A DNA stretch of 63,261 nt, counting the filler, from Octopus bimaculoides (Eukaryota), in assembly GCF_001194135.2 (NCBI RefSeq). It is 7 parts of 6 records of this genome, joined end to end, with 100 filler letters (N's around TTAATTAATTAA, not from the genome) between each part and the next. Parts side by side here need not be neighbours in the genome. Positions count along the whole stretch, not along the records: positions 1 to 29,268 come from NC_068984.1; 6 more parts are not named here. One strand, written 5' to 3'. Position 1 is the first letter of the stretch, and every line of letters begins with the position of its first letter. Under the pieces are notes generated by a model. It saw only the letters and a program-made list of their open reading frames with translations, was not told the DNA's origin and made no database searches. The position numbers were made by a program, and so were the translations under genes. Below, piece after piece: positions 1 through 13,820 of the stretch.

Positions 1-111
1 AAATATCGATCCTTTTAAAAATGAAATATCGATCCTTTTAAAAATGAAATATCGATCCTTTTGAACTAAATATCGATCCCTTAAAAATGAAATATCGATC
101 CTTTTAAACTG
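1..111. repeat. Minisatellite of about 23 bp, five copies (aaatatcgatccttttaaaaatg)
   Basis: Units start at 1, 24, 47, 68 and 90. The array is truncated by the window edge. Confidence 0.9.
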
Positions 112-1130
112 AATGTCTTTTTGATAAATGTTGAAGATTTTACATTTAAATATTTAAAAAAAAAAAAAAATTGTGACCCTTTCAGAATTACGATATGTAC
201 AGGGACCTGTACTGGAAGGCGCTGATGTCGGGAAGCTTGATAAAACCAACGGAGCAGAACTCATGTGTTGAAAGTTCGACCGTTTCGGGATATTTCGCTT
301 AACCTTCTCTGAATATCTGATGTAACTGAATAAATATAAAATACATCAAGAACAGGACATCGCCAACGAGAGAAAAATACGTAAACACATGAGAGACAAG
401 TACGGGACAAATTACCAAAAATAGTCTAACTCCTCTTCAGTTGTGGACGGTTAATTACTACCTGTTTCGAGATTTTAAGTTACAATTTAGGGATTCGACT
501 AACCCAGTGGTACTCATAAAAGGCTCCTTAATGTATCATTCTACAAAACAGAATATATAGTACGATACGAAGGAAAAAAATAAGGAGTTTATAAAATAAT
601 AAGGAGAGAAAATTCAGCTTTATAAACATGTATAAGTAATCTATTTTATTATATTTTATGATAAATAATGATTAATATATATTAATATATATTAGTCTGC
701 ATTAATATATATATATACACAATTTATAGATTAATGCAGGTATTAAAATTGCTTGTCGGGTTAAAAGAATTCCATATTTATGATTTTATCATATCAGAAC
801 ATAACATTTGAAAAACTCAGAAAATCAATTTTGAAGACATTACGGTACGGAAGACAATAAGACTAGCACCAATAGAATTAATAAAACGGTTTTCTAACGA
901 AAGGAAGGGAATTTTAGTAAGATATTAAAAAGTAAATAGTAGATAATTTTGGTAGAAGAGAATGTTAAATATAAGTTAAATATAAAAGAATGGATAGGAA
1001 AATCATAAATTTAAAATTAATAACCAAGAAAATTAAAAATAGTGTAAAGAGAGAAAGTGAAAGTGAAAGTAAATGAAAGTTCTTTGAGGTTAGGTTTACC
1101 AAATATAAGGATTGGTAGTCTTTTATTCTT

Positions 1131-1178
1131 TCACTTGTTTCAGACATTTGACTGCAGCCATGCTGGAGCACCGCCGAA
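1131..1178 (-). mobile_element. SINE family B tail fragment
   Basis: cttgtttcagacatttgactgcagccatgctggagcaccgcc. Confidence 0.7.
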
Positions 1179-1997
1179 AAAGAGAACATGAAATTAAAAA
1201 TTAGAAGTTCATAGACGGAAGTAAAAAGAGAGAATAAGGTGTAAGAAAAAAGAAGTAGGAGCCATATTATTAAGTATTGTAGATAGGGGTAGATTGATGT
1301 ATATAAGGTAAATACATAGACTAATAATATTGATATGCGTTCGTTAAAATAGTGTTTGAAAGTACGTAATCATTGTTATAATCCAGTTAGATATAATAAA
1401 AGATTTTACATAGAAATATCCTATACAAGCGCAGCACATTTTCCTATTTTTCCATATATGGAAGAAATGATGAACAGACCTAATCGATTTTCGATCTTTA
1501 CAATTGTTTTGATAACTTGCAGGTGTCACACGTCATGTCTAGACTCATGCATAATAGTGACGGTTTGGCCATGCGTATCCTATAATGTGTATTACATAAA
1601 CGCCTCGATTATCTAATCCTCCCCGCTTCACTAACGAACTATAAATGTGTGTGTGTGTGTGAGTGATTGTATTGAATCCTACGTTTCTTTGTTTCCTTGG
1701 CGGTCGGGCATATAAAAAAATAAGAGATCAATAAGGTTGACTAATTTCTTGATCGATATAAATCGCGCTGTTGATTCTGTTCACCTCGTAGCTGCACCAC
1801 ATACAGAAATATCCTTTACAAAAATATTTTCTCCTCTCCAGCCCGATGACGTTTACTAAATTCTGACAAAAGACTGGATAAACCAGCAGGAATAGGATGA
1901 AATTGAAACCGAAACTTTAAATATCAAAGCTACGTTGTCACTCTGTAACTTCCCAACGACCTCTAAATCACTAATGTATCGTAACTTGATTCAGAAC

Positions 1998-2175
1998 AGG
2001 CGTGGCTGTGTGGTAAGAAATTTGATTTCCCACAACATGATTTCAGGTTCGGTTCTACTGCGTAGCAACATGGACAAATGTCTTCTACTCTAGCCTCGGT
2101 ACGATCAAATCCTTGTGAGTGGATTTCGTAGACGGAAACTGAAAGAAGCCCATAGTGTAATATATATATATATAT
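1998..2175 (+). mobile_element. SINE family B, 5' half (tRNA-derived head)
   Basis: ggcgtggctgtgtggtaagaa...gtgagtggatttcgtagacggaaactgaaagaagccc followed by (TA)n. Confidence 0.85.
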
Positions 2176-2353
2176 GCTTTATTAAAAAAGCAGCAAAAAG
2201 TTTTGTTTCTAAAAGAAACTGACCGACGAGCGGGCACGTGAAACTCTGAGTAACAGTTTTCTGTGATATTTTTGCTGCTAAGCATATTACTCTACCTCCG
2301 GTATTCGAGTACTATTTTTCCCACCTTGTTTCGCATTTATGTGCTTACTCTGG

Positions 2354-2405
<52 letters not shown>

Positions 2406-3518
2406 TCCATATATATATTCCATAGATACATATATATACTCACATATTATGGTATATATTCGGGTATATACATCTTGTATTCCGTTTAAAGCTTGTTCGC
2501 AGTATTTGGCTGCCTGATGTCATCAATGGAGGACTGGGTCTGAAAATATTGGCTGTCAGGACACTAAAGGGGCCCACCCGCAACTACAATGCTATCATTT
2601 AATTGTTTTTTTTTTAATTATTTTTTTTTGTTAAAAGTATTCTTTCCAGCTGTCTACAAACAGCCAGGCTGAAATAATTAATGCATTCTTCCAGGCGTGA
2701 ATAAAAAATTCTCAAACTTGAGGGGATGGGCCCCTTAGATATTAACATGGCCCCCATATAAACTTAGATAAACATAGATATGTTTCGACCAGAGATTGGT
2801 CCAGGCCATGTCTAACTTAATAGCACCACCTGATAGGATTATCTAAATCCTTTTTACAGTCAAGTTTTGTCTATGGTCCATTCAAGTAGTGAGTTCTTAT
2901 TGACTCTAATGGCCCACTTGCCACCGGGTAAGCAGGCAACCTGGCCAGTCCGCCACTGGATATCATCAACAGTATGGAAGTAAACGCCACCCGTTTTACT
3001 TTAGGAATGCCTTTCGGTCCGTAGAGCTTATAAGATATGTGAGAGAAAGAAAATGGAATTCAGGAGATTCTTTATTATTCTCTACCATGGTTTCGATCCG
3101 TCGTGCACCGGTGCCTCGCGGGTGAGATGCTATTCAAACAGTTTGGTACTCATCGAACGTGTGGATGTACCTCATCAGATGATTTCTCAAAAGGTACCTA
3201 GTTTTTTTTAAATCTCCGTTTTGCTTATTTCTATCGGAATAAATTTTGGTACTTGTGGTGTGTTACTTGTTGACACAAGGAACTGGGTAACAACGGAGAA
3301 TTCTTCTCATATCAACAACAATAAGGTGATTCACAATGAATCAAACAAGAAAAATGAAAAATAAAAAAATATATATATGTATATTTAAAGAGAAATACAC
3401 ACATACACTCACACAAACACATACACATATTTATATTTGTATTTCTAACCCAACTTCTAAATATAAAATTAACCTTGAAACATTCCAACATGCGTGTGTG
3501 TGCATGAATGCATTCCCA

Positions 3519-3595
<77 letters not shown>

Positions 3596-3717
3596 ATATA
3601 CATAATTAGAGAGAGAAGTGAGGTGGAAACATTATCCAACACAGTGGAATATATTTTGTGAAGAAAATATATTTCTGCATGTGCATCTACACGTACACAC
3701 AGACCACACTCTCTCTG

Positions 3718-3847
<130 letters not shown>

Positions 3848-4344
3848 CCATACGAAATGACAACGACGACAAACGACCTCGGACACCGCGCGCGCACGCA
3901 TGCACGCACTCACACACACGCGTATGGCCGTAAAAGTGTTGGAATGTTTCAAGGTTAATTTTATATTTAGAAGTTGGATGTTGTTCAGGAATATTAAAAT
4001 ATTAATTATAGTAAAGTGTAAAAAATTAAAGCCAGATAATTATTATGAAACGCCCGTCAGCCAATGAGAACTAAGAGATTAGATTAGAATGGAAATTGTG
4101 TTTTGATTAAATATTCATCGTCATGTTAGAGTTGAACTAAGAAATATTTTTATTCTTTATCATGAACAGCGATAATTCCAAATATAGAAATATATTTAAA
4201 AGACAAAAATCAAGGTGGAAAGAATGTGGTCTCAATTTTATTGTGGGGGTCACACTTGACCCCTATAAACCAATGACTTAGGTACTTGTTCAACCCCCAT
4301 ACATTTCCAGTCGAAATTCTAATTCCATAGCAATAATTTTACGA

Positions 4345-4536
4345 TATCGGTTTCAAATTTTGGCACAAGGCCAACAATTTCGGGGAAGCGGGAAAGTCGA
4401 TTACATAGATCCCACTGCTCAGCTGGTACTTATTTCATCGACCCCGAGGGGATGAAAGGCAAAGTCGACCTCAGCGGAATTTGAACTCAAAGACGGACGA
4501 AATGCCGCTAAGCATTTTTTCTGGCGTACTTAACGG
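4345..4536 (-). mobile_element. SINE family A (tRNA-like A/B boxes), tail type 1
   Basis: Reverse complement of gagttcaaattccgctgaggtcgactttgcctttcatc...ggccttgtgccaaaatttgaaacc. Confidence 0.85.
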
Positions 4537-5361
4537 TTATGTTAACACACCGTCCGCATATTTCTTCCTCTGTTATTTATTTTCAAAATTTCTTCGAAAA
4601 GAACTAGTTTTTTTTTTCTGTCTAAAGATTGAAAATTCAAAGCTTAAAAATTTTAGAGACAAACAACTAGAACAGTGGAGCTAACCTGTGTGTGCGTGTG
4701 TGTGCGNNNNNNNNNNNNNNNNNNNNNNNNNNNNNNNNNNNNNNNNNNNNNNNNNNNNNNNNNNNNNNNNNNNNNNNNNNNNNNNNNNNNNNNNNNNNNN
4801 NNNNNNNNNNNNNNNNNNNNNNNNNNNNNNNNNNNNNNNNNNNNNNNNNNNNNNNNNNNNNNNNNNNNNNNNNNNNNNNNNNNNNNNNNNNNNNNNNNNN
4901 NNNNNNNNNNNNNNNNNNNNNNNNNNNNNNNNNNNNNNNNNNNNNNNNNNNNNNNNNNNNNNNNNNNNNNNNNNNNNNNNNNNNNNNNNNNNNNNNNNNN
5001 NNNNNNNNNNNNNNNNNNNNNNNNNNNNNNNNNNNNNNNNNNNNNNNNNNNNNNNNNNNNNNNNNNNNNNNNNNNNNNNNNNNNNNNNNNNNNNNNNNNN
5101 NNNNNNNNNNNNNNNNNNNNNNNNNNNNNNNNNNNNNNNNNNNNNNNNNNNNNNNNNNNNNNNNNNNNNNNNNNNNNNNNNNNNNNNNNNNNNNNNNNNN
5201 NNNNNNNNNNNNNNNNNNNNNNNNNNNNNNNNNNNNNNNNNNNNNNNNNNNNNNNNNNNNNNNNNNNNNNNNNNNNNNNNNNNNNNNNNNNNNNNNNNNN
5301 NNNNNNNNNNNNNNNNNNNNNNNNNNNNNNNNNNNNNNNNNNNNNNNNNNNNNNNNNNNNN

Positions 5362-5393
<32 letters not shown>

Positions 5394-8300
5394 TACTTAC
5401 ATATACACACGCGTATACACTAGTATACATGTGTTGTCAAAAGCGAGTTTTTTTTTTAACTGTAGTGTATGGCACTTAGCTGTTCAGCATGACAGGTGAA
5501 ACCATTAATAAATTTTCTTACCTAAAGACCTCTCGTAAATGATAGAATGGGCTCGACTTAAATTGATGGATTAAAATAGCGTAAAACCACACAAACATTC
5601 ACACCATAGAAGTGACATTTATTTGTTTTTCTATCTATAACAGTTTTTACTCATCTATAAAATGATAGAATGTTAGTTATGGAAATCACTTTAAGCTACC
5701 ATATTGACAAAATATTTTAATATTAGTTATACAATAGTGAAAGATTTACATATAATTGTCATTATTTCAGAAGGACTTTTATCACTTTAGTCACTTGAAA
5801 ACTGTGTTCCATAAAGATTTCCTTGGTTTTCATCGTTATTTATCACTTTATTAAAATGGCTCCTATTTAAGGATCATAAAGCTATCTCTTATTGCAGCCC
5901 ATTCTTACTCTATTCGTGTTTGCCCGTCATGACAGAGTTATAGACACCTCATCTTTCCACTTACTTTCATTTTATCACTTCAACTGTCACTCACGCACTC
6001 ACTATTTGAAAACTATCTCCTTTCAATGAAATTAAGAAATATTTGTTAAATTATTATATCTGGATTTGGATGTGTGTATTACATGTTTATCAATGTAAAT
6101 AATTTTTGGAGTAGATATAAGAGAACTGCCTAAAGTCCACTCAGGGCAGTTCCCTGGCAGTAGAATAGTGACTAAAACCACTAAAAGAATTTCCGCAACC
6201 AAATAAATAGGATCACAAATCTTCAAAACATTCGTTTAAATTAATTGCTGCTAATTAGCAGATGATTTATACTAGTTTCATAATATCTGATGAAAGTTAG
6301 AGAGTGTTGGGAATCGATCGTCAAGCTGGTTTGGCCGAATCGGTCAAGTATTGGACTAGATTTATAGTGACAATTAGTTACGACCCTTAGCAGTATGAGT
6401 TCAAATCCTGCCAAAGCCATTTTTATCTTTCAAAGACATTAAATAAGTTAACCCACTCTTGGGGTCGATTGTTCTCTCTTTTGTGCCTCTTTTTCTCTCT
6501 TTCTGTCTCTTTTTCTCTTTGTCTTTCTTCCTCTCTCTTTGTCTCTTGTTTTCTTTCTTTCTTTGTTTCCTACCCCCTCTCTCTATTAATTGAAGCAGTA
6601 ATTCAAAGATTTAACCTTTTACTGTCACGCTAATTCTGCTGAGAATCGCGTGAAAAGCACACTTGTCTGTGAAGCGCTCCACCAGTTACAAGCTAACACT
6701 TTTGTTGATTTGTATTTTGTTGATCATTGTCGATATCGACGGAGGATCCAGCTGTAATTTACTGTTCAGGATGCATGTCTCTATGTCGCTCTACAGTCCT
6801 ACGTCAACACTGATCCGGTTCACATAGGATCAAAGATGTACTCAACCGTGACTCTCCGGTCAGTTTCGTTGTTTTCTAAGACCACGTGATCGAATGTAGA
6901 CTTACCTTTCGCTGCAATAGAGGTGTATAATTTGAGGGATTTCTAACAGGTCGAGGAATCAAAGATAGGCTTTCTCGTTGGAACATGTGTGTGTTAGAGA
7001 GGGAGAGAGAGAGGGAGAGAGAGACTATTTACGTGTTTACGTTGGAAGAATAATGTGTGTGAGTGTGTGTGTGTGTGAAAGAGAGAAGGAAAGGAGAATG
7101 TGTGTGAGTGCGAAGTGGGGGAGAGAGATAGAATGTGTGCGTGTGCGTGCGTGTGTTCGCGTGCGCGAGCGCGTGAGCCTGTCTATCTGTGTATGTGTTT
7201 GGGCGTGTGTTCACGTGTTATAAATTGAAACAAAGTCAATGAGATAAAGACCTAAAATAGAGTAACAACGGAAGGAGAGAAAAGAAATTTGAGACACTCT
7301 GTGTGTGTGTGTACGTGTGTGTGTGTAAGAGAGAGAGAGAAAGAGAGAGAGTATGCGTGTGTGTGTGTGCGTGTGTGCGTGTGTGTGTATGTGTTTGCGT
7401 TCTTTATCCTTCCCAATGTGAGTGTAGAATGTGAAGTGTGTACAATCACGTGTATGTGTTATGTTAATCAGTCTATCTAACTGGATGCATGTCAACAAGT
7501 GTTTATCTGAATTAACTCCCCTGACAGCTTCTCACCGACAGCCCCCCCCCACCTCTTCTCCTCTCTTTCTCTCACTAAAGAAAAAAGACTTTTCACCACC
7601 ACCACCATCTTCACCGCTCTCTCTCTCTCTCTCTCTCGTACTTCCCAACCTTCTCCTTCCCCTCACCACTAAAATATACNNNNNNNNNNNNNNNNNNNNN
7701 NNNNNNNNNNNNNNNNNNNNNNNNNNNNNNNNNNNNNNNNNNNNNNNNNNNNNNNNNNNNNNNNNNNNNNNNNNNNNNNNNNNNNNNNNNNNNNNNNNNN
7801 NNNNNNNNNNNNNNNNNNNNNNNNNNNNNNNNNNNNNNNNNNNNNNNNNNNNNNNNNNNNNNNNNNNNAAAATATACTTACTCATCTATGCTTTGTCTTT
7901 CTGCTCTCCTTCACCACCACCGCCGCCGCCACCACCACCACCACCACCACCGCCACCCTGTGGCTCCACTTCACGATTAGTTCTCTACCTTTCTCCGCCC
8001 CCTCCCTCCCCCACCGCACTCTCCCGTTTATGTCTATATGAGTGTACGATGGGGGAGAGGGGGTTGGGAGTGCTGACTCTGTATGTGTGCGAATGGACGT
8101 ATGTATGTGTGTGTGTGTGAGTGAGTAGTTCGCCATTCACAGTCTGCAGGGTAATGCTACCAGGAGTGTGTGAGTTGCTTCTACGAAAAGTTAGCCGAAC
8201 TTTTTTGTTATTATTGTTATAAACGGGCCCTCGTCCCCTCATGGGGCCCCAAGTTACCCCGTTTCAGGTAAGACAGAATATATTTACATTAATTATATTC

Positions 8301-9139
8301 ATTTAATTCTTATTAATGTTGTGTTTTTGTTCGCCTGTTGAAAGCCGGTCAGTAAAAAAAAAATAACAATCCCACTCTGTCAGGCAAAACTAATCCATAA
8401 CTCAGATTTTGTTTATCACTGGAAACCACTTCGTCGTTTGATTTCATTAATGCAGATGATACGGCTTGGAAAGGCATGAACGCCACAACTGCCTTTCCAC
8501 CTTCCTTAATGTACATGTGTGTGTATGCTCATGATTTCATGAGGAATCCTTGTTATTATTTAGTTGGCGAAAGAAAACGAGGGTCGGGTTTCGATTCTTA
8601 CTTCGTGCCATCGCTTTCGCCACCAATGCGTTTTGCAGAATCACATCGAACATCGATCGACAATCGTATTCTTGTAAAACGTTGGATTGTCAGGAAGAGA
8701 TCAACGCCGAAACCACACGTCGCCACTATCCCCACCACCGCCGCCGCNNNNNNNNNNNNNNNNNNNNNNNNNNNNNNNNNNNNNNNNNNNNNNNNNNNNN
8801 NNNNNNNNNNNNNNNNNNNNNNNNNNNNNNNNNNNNNNNNNNNNNNNNNNNNNNNNNNNNNNNNNNNNNNNNNNNNNNNNNNNNNNNNNNNNNNNNNNNN
8901 NNNNNNNNNNNNNNNNNNNNNNNNNNNNNNNNNNNNNNNNNNNNNNNNNNNNNNNNNNNNNNNNNNNNNNNNNNNNNNNNNNNNNNNNNNNNNNNNNNNN
9001 NNNNNNNNNNNNNNNNNNNNNNNNNNNNNNNNNNNNNNNNNNNNNNNNNNNNNNNNNNNNNNNNNNNNNNNNNNNNNNNNNNNNNNNNNNNNNNNNNNNN
9101 NNNNNNNNNNNNNNNNNNNNNNNNNNNNNNNNNNNNNNT

Positions 9140-9307
9140 ATATATATATATATATATATATATATGACGGGCTTCTTTCAGTTTCCGTCTTCCAAATCCA
9201 CTCACAAGGCTTTGGTTGGCCCGAGGCTATAGTAGAAGACACTTGCCCAAGGTGCTACGCAATGGGACTGAACCCGGAGCCATGTGGTTGGTTAGCAAGT
9301 GACTTAC
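9140..9307 (-). mobile_element. SINE family B, 5' half
   Basis: gggcttctttcagtttccgtc...ccactcacaaggctttgg...gaacccggagccatgtggttgg. Confidence 0.85.
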
Positions 9308-9901
9308 GATGAACTTTATTCTCCTCCTCCTCATCATCATAATCCTCATTAGGAAAATTAGTGGGAACCCATATAAATGACTTGTGGTATTTAAATCCTT
9401 TACACCCACATCTCGCTCTCAAATACACCTGTAATGCACCTGCACTATATCCGTAATATGTCTGTAATACACCTATAATAAATTTCTCATTTAATAATGT
9501 AATATTATTAATATAATAATAATAAACGATTGTTATACCTGCAATTTGCCTGTAATGTACCTGTAATATACATGTAAATTGTCTGCTATACACCTGTACC
9601 ATATCTCTAATATAGCTGTAATACGTTTGTAATATCTTGTAATATACCTGTAATACACCTGTATTATACTAGACGTGTAATATTACCTGAAATAGATTGA
9701 ATGAATAAACTAATTTAGTCTTGTACCCTGATTCCTCTCAGAAGTGGATTAGTTGGGGCAACGAAGAAGAAATTCTTATTTTGTAAAAAATAAAAGAGAA
9801 ACCATCAGGAATAACATCAATACAGCCTCTACGGCGACTACGACGACGACGACGACCACCACCACCACCACCACTACCACCACTACCACCACCACCACCA
9901 T

Positions 9902-9935
<34 letters not shown>

Positions 9936-10589
9936 GATAGCAGAAAAAAAAGCAACAGTAGTTGTTTGGAATTTCAAGAATCATTGTGAGAGGGTAAAGG
10001 TGTCTCTTAAGGAACTGTGTCACTGAATATGTTGTTGGTGTGATTGTTGTTGGTGGCGGTGGTGGTGGTGGTGGTGGTGGTGGTGGTGGTTCGACTGTTT
10101 ATCTAACGAAAACATTGGGTCAATAGAGAGATTATAGGCAGACAGCCAGACAGACAGCCAACCAGCCAGCCAGACAGCCAGACAAGCAGGTAGACAGACA
10201 GACAGACAGACAGACAGCAGTAGGGTTTGAGTGGGAAATGAAAAGATAAAAAAACAAAAATCCAGTCGACAAATGCACGTGACTAGTGAAAGACAAAACC
10301 TACGTTTCAACACAGGAGATAATTATAGATGTACACATACATGATGGGTGGGGAAGTCTGTCTCTCTATCTCTCTCTTTCTGCCTATCTCTCTTTTTCTG
10401 CCTATCTCTCACTCTACCCCCCTCTACTTCTTTCTTTCACTCATTCACTCTGTCTGTCTCTCTCTTTCTAACTCTATCGTTCAATGTGTGTGTGCGTATG
10501 TGTGTGAAAGATAGTTTTTGTTTTGAATAAGTAGTATTCAAAACACCAATGAAAGTTTCGCTTTTACTTGGTGCTACAGAATAATTATA

Positions 10590-10925
10590 GTGTATCTTCC
10601 GGCTTGTCAGGCGCTCACCGCCCTCTACCAGTTGGCTAATACGGTCGGTGGAAGTTCTGCAGTATCAATATATGAAAACCTATTGGTGGGTAACAACGAT
10701 GGCGTTCTCGAGGTAACTCCGGGCGTCGACGAGGATGAAATGGTTTGGAGCACTTTCGGGCCTAGAGCTACCATGAATAACTTCCAGCAATTTCTGACCC
10801 GGCAGTGCTCCTCGGTGGCACAACCAGTTCGAGATAAAACTTTCTGTCAGGCGGGATTGTCCGAGATGCGCGCAGAGCAAGAAAACCGTTATGCATGCTA
10901 TCGTGCTGTGTTCGGGTATTGCTAG
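10590..10925 (+). CDS. Unassigned 111-codon ORF, possibly a terminal exon, ending ...RYACYRAVFGYC*
   Basis: Non-repetitive island, visibly more GC-rich than its flanks. Possible acceptor ttatAG at 10585-10590. No family recognised. Confidence 0.35.
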   Translation: MYLPACQALTALYQLANTVGGSSAVSIYENLLVGNNDGVLEVTPGVDEDEMVWSTFGPRATMNNFQQFLTRQCSSVAQPVRDKTFCQAGLSEMRAEQENRYACYRAVFGYC

Positions 10926-10949
10926 CTTATGGAGTTACATCGAACAGTT

Positions 10950-11138
10950 ATAGTATGTTGTCAAATTAATGTGACAGTCCCATGAAAGGGAAGAATGCTA
11001 CTGTTATTTAGCCCTAGGAAACACCGTTTCCTGTTGGACTTGACACATTTCCAACAGGAAATGGTATTTCCTAGGGCTAAATAACAGTAGCATTCTTCCC
11101 TTTCAAGGGACTGGCACATTAAGTTGACAACATACTAT
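10950..11138. mobile_element. Long hairpin (foldback/MITE-like) element
   Basis: 89-bp arms at 10950-11038 and 11050-11138, near-perfect reverse complements, around an 11-nt loop. Confidence 0.85.
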
Positions 11139-11224
11139 CACTTTATCGTGCTGCTACTGCATAAATCTCTCTGAGAGATTTAGAAATGTATTACTTCTAT
11201 CGAACAGTTGTTATCACGTGTAGG

Positions 11225-11560
11225 ACGAATCCGACAATCCGCCGAGTCCATCGTGAGGATCACCCCACCACCCATCCTTAACAAAGCAGGGCAGGCGGTG
11301 TTCCTCTGACTGGTGGCTATGGCGAAAGAGGATGTGTGGTGAAAGGACTGAGGAAAGACACCGTCTTCTTTAGTGAAGCTCTCCTCGACTTTTTAAAGTT
11401 CCACTTGGAAAGGAAAGTGAGGATGGAGTGAAAAGTGCTGCCACTCAGTGCATTTGTGTAAAGATTGAGTGACTGTAGCAAAAATGGCTCGGGTGAATGG
11501 CCCTGTTCTAAGTATGCACCTGTAGATTGGAGAGCAGGAGAGATGGCTCGTACTTTTGGT
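11225..11560 (+). mobile_element. L1/Tx1-like LINE 3' fragment
   Basis: Decayed ORF2 C-terminus AMAKEDVW...DFLKFHLERKVRME, recalled as Tx1-like. Not verified by search. Confidence 0.5.
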
Positions 11561-11879
11561 AGTCAAAGCAATTCTGGATCTTTAGGGTTCCTTGATTGAC
11601 CCTAGTTGGAATTTCTCCTGTATCAGAACGACTGCATTATTCCTATTATCGCATTTCACAGCCTTTTCTATTTCTTTCTCTCCATCTTTTATGTAAATCC
11701 TCACACAAATTGCTGTCTGTCCTTGTGATGTTCCCTTCATCAATGCCCCTGTGGCTAATAAAAGAAATTGTTTNNNNNNNNNNNNNNNNNNNNNNNNNNN
11801 NNNNNNNNNTCCTCCTCCTCCTACTACTACTAAAGCTATTACATGCTGTATTAGCACAGATATTGTCTTAAGATCTCAA

Positions 11880-12620
11880 ATCTCAAGAATCTTTCTAAGG
11901 ATTCTACCGGAATACAAGATGGTACTTTTCTACAGGTCACCAACTCGCGTCGCAATTCCAATAGCCATTCAATCTTTAAAGTAGCGGTTTATGCGTTGTG
12001 CCAAGTGCATTACCACAAGAGCAATTGTCGTCTTAGTCTTCCAGTCTCTTCAACTCTAGTTAAGTTCTAATATTTCTTAATTTGGTTTTATTTCAATTTC
12101 TTTGGTATCTTCTATGTTGTCATTGTGGCATCGCAAAGTCTCTCATCTTACACCGTTTATTTTACCTACACTGTTATGCTGCCCTTATACTCATTTTGTG
12201 CTATTTCACTGCAATCATTTAAGGGATGGTTAATACTAGCATCCCCTTTCCGGCAAATTCTGCGTTTGTTTCCTGACTGAGTTTTATCAATCTTCGCATT
12301 TATCAAATTCGTTCCAATGGCTTCTTCCTGAGTAGCAAACACTTCGGATTCTTTTTTCAGCTTCAGAGTTTTATTTTTACTTCCTGTATCCTCGGATTGT
12401 TGGAGGAATTGGCCAAGTAATTCAATATCATTCCGTCTGCTTATCCTGCTCTCCCTTTTGTTCTTGAATTCTTTAACTGCTTCAATAATTTTTGGAACAT
12501 TTCTAGCTGCCGATAGTATTCTTCCTTCCCAAAGTACAACATAGCTTTTCAACCCCAATATCACGTAACTAACGGTGTCTTTTGCGTTTAGCAATCTTCT
12601 GCCTCTTTTCTTTCTTGATA
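11880..12620 (-). mobile_element. R4/Dong-like (RLE) non-LTR retrotransposon 3' fragment
   Basis: ORF 12166-12594 contains GQFLQQ, QEEAIGTN..AKIDK and RICRKGDASINHPLNDCSEIAQNEYK, a decayed CCHC knuckle region typical of RLE LINEs. Confidence 0.75.
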
Positions 12621-12646
12621 GGTAGAGCGTGTTGGTATTACTTTTA

Positions 12647-12897
12647 GGGGTTAGCTGGCAGAATCGTTTGCATGACGGACAAAATGCTTAATAAAATTTA
12701 TTCCGGTTTAAATACTGAGTTCAAATTCCGCCAAGGTCGAATTTGCCTTTCATCTTTACGGGGTCGATAAATAAAGTACCAGTGAAACACTGCGGTCGGT
12801 GTAATCGACTATTCCCCTCTCCCAAAATGCCAGGCCTTGTGCTTATAGTAGAAAGGATTATTATTATGATTATTATTATTATTATTATTATTATTCG
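12647..12897 (+). mobile_element. SINE family A, tail type 2
   Basis: gctggcagaatcgtt (A box), gagttcaaattcc (B box), tail tatagtagaaagg(att)n. Confidence 0.88.
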
Positions 12898-12950
12898 TAT
12901 TTACAATGACACGCTCACACGTTTAATGTATACACACATAAATGTATATG

Positions 12951-13053
<103 letters not shown>

Positions 13054-13420
13054 NNNNNNNNNNNNNNNNNNNNNNNNNNNNNNNNNNNNNNNNNNNNNNN
13101 NNNNNNNNNNNNNNNNNNNNNNNNNNNNNNNNNNNNNNNNNNNNNNNNNNNNNNNNNNNNNNNNNNNNNNNNNNNNNNNNNNNNNNNNNNNNNNNNNNNN
13201 NNNNNNNNNNNNNNNNNNNNNNNNNNNNNNNNNNNNNNNNNNNNNNNNNNNNNNNNNNNNNNNNNNNNNNNNNNNNNNNNNNNNNNNNNNNNNNNNNNNN
13301 NNNNNNNNNNNNNNNNNNNNNNNNNNNNNNNNNNNNNNNNNNNNNNNNNNNNNNNNNNNNNNNNNNNNNNNNNNNNNNNNNNNNNNNNNNNNNNNNNNNN
13401 NNNNNNNNNNNNNNNNNNNN

Positions 13421-13476
<56 letters not shown>

Positions 13477-13623
13477 ATATATATATATAAAGATAAGTAT
13501 ATTAAAAGGGGTCTGTGTGAAAATTCATTTAAATGAAAGGGTTGGGAAACCACTAGCCTACAGCTTCCTTGGTCACTAGGCGCTGTGAGATGCCCTGTCA
13601 TACAGTATAACACTAATGTTATA

Positions 13624-13820
13624 TTATTTTCTACTCTAGGCACAAGGCCCGAAATTTTTGCGGAGGGGCCAGTCGATTACATCGACCCCAGTGCTGGCTG
13701 GTTCTGATTTTATCGAAAAGTAAAATCGACCTCGGCGGAATTTGAACTCAGAGCGTAAAGACGTAGGAAATGCTGCTTAGCATTTTGTCCGGCGCGCTAA
13801 CGATTCCGCCAGATCCACCA
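13624..13820 (-). mobile_element. SINE family A, tail type 2
   Basis: Reverse complement carries the A box, B box and ggccttgtgcctagagtagaaaa. Confidence 0.85.

Noticed and set aside
270-315. Minus-strand ...cccGAAACgGTCgaac resembling a hammerhead 3' half
   Set aside because: No CUGANGA core upstream (reads cagagaa).
3141-3178. Minus-strand CTGATGA plus a 5-bp stem (ggtac/gtacc) resembling a hammerhead
   Set aside because: G12 of GAAA is missing and stem I does not pair. At best a decayed relic.
8400-8520. Short non-repetitive stretch open on both strands
   Set aside because: No recognisable motif and no consistent splice-site pair.
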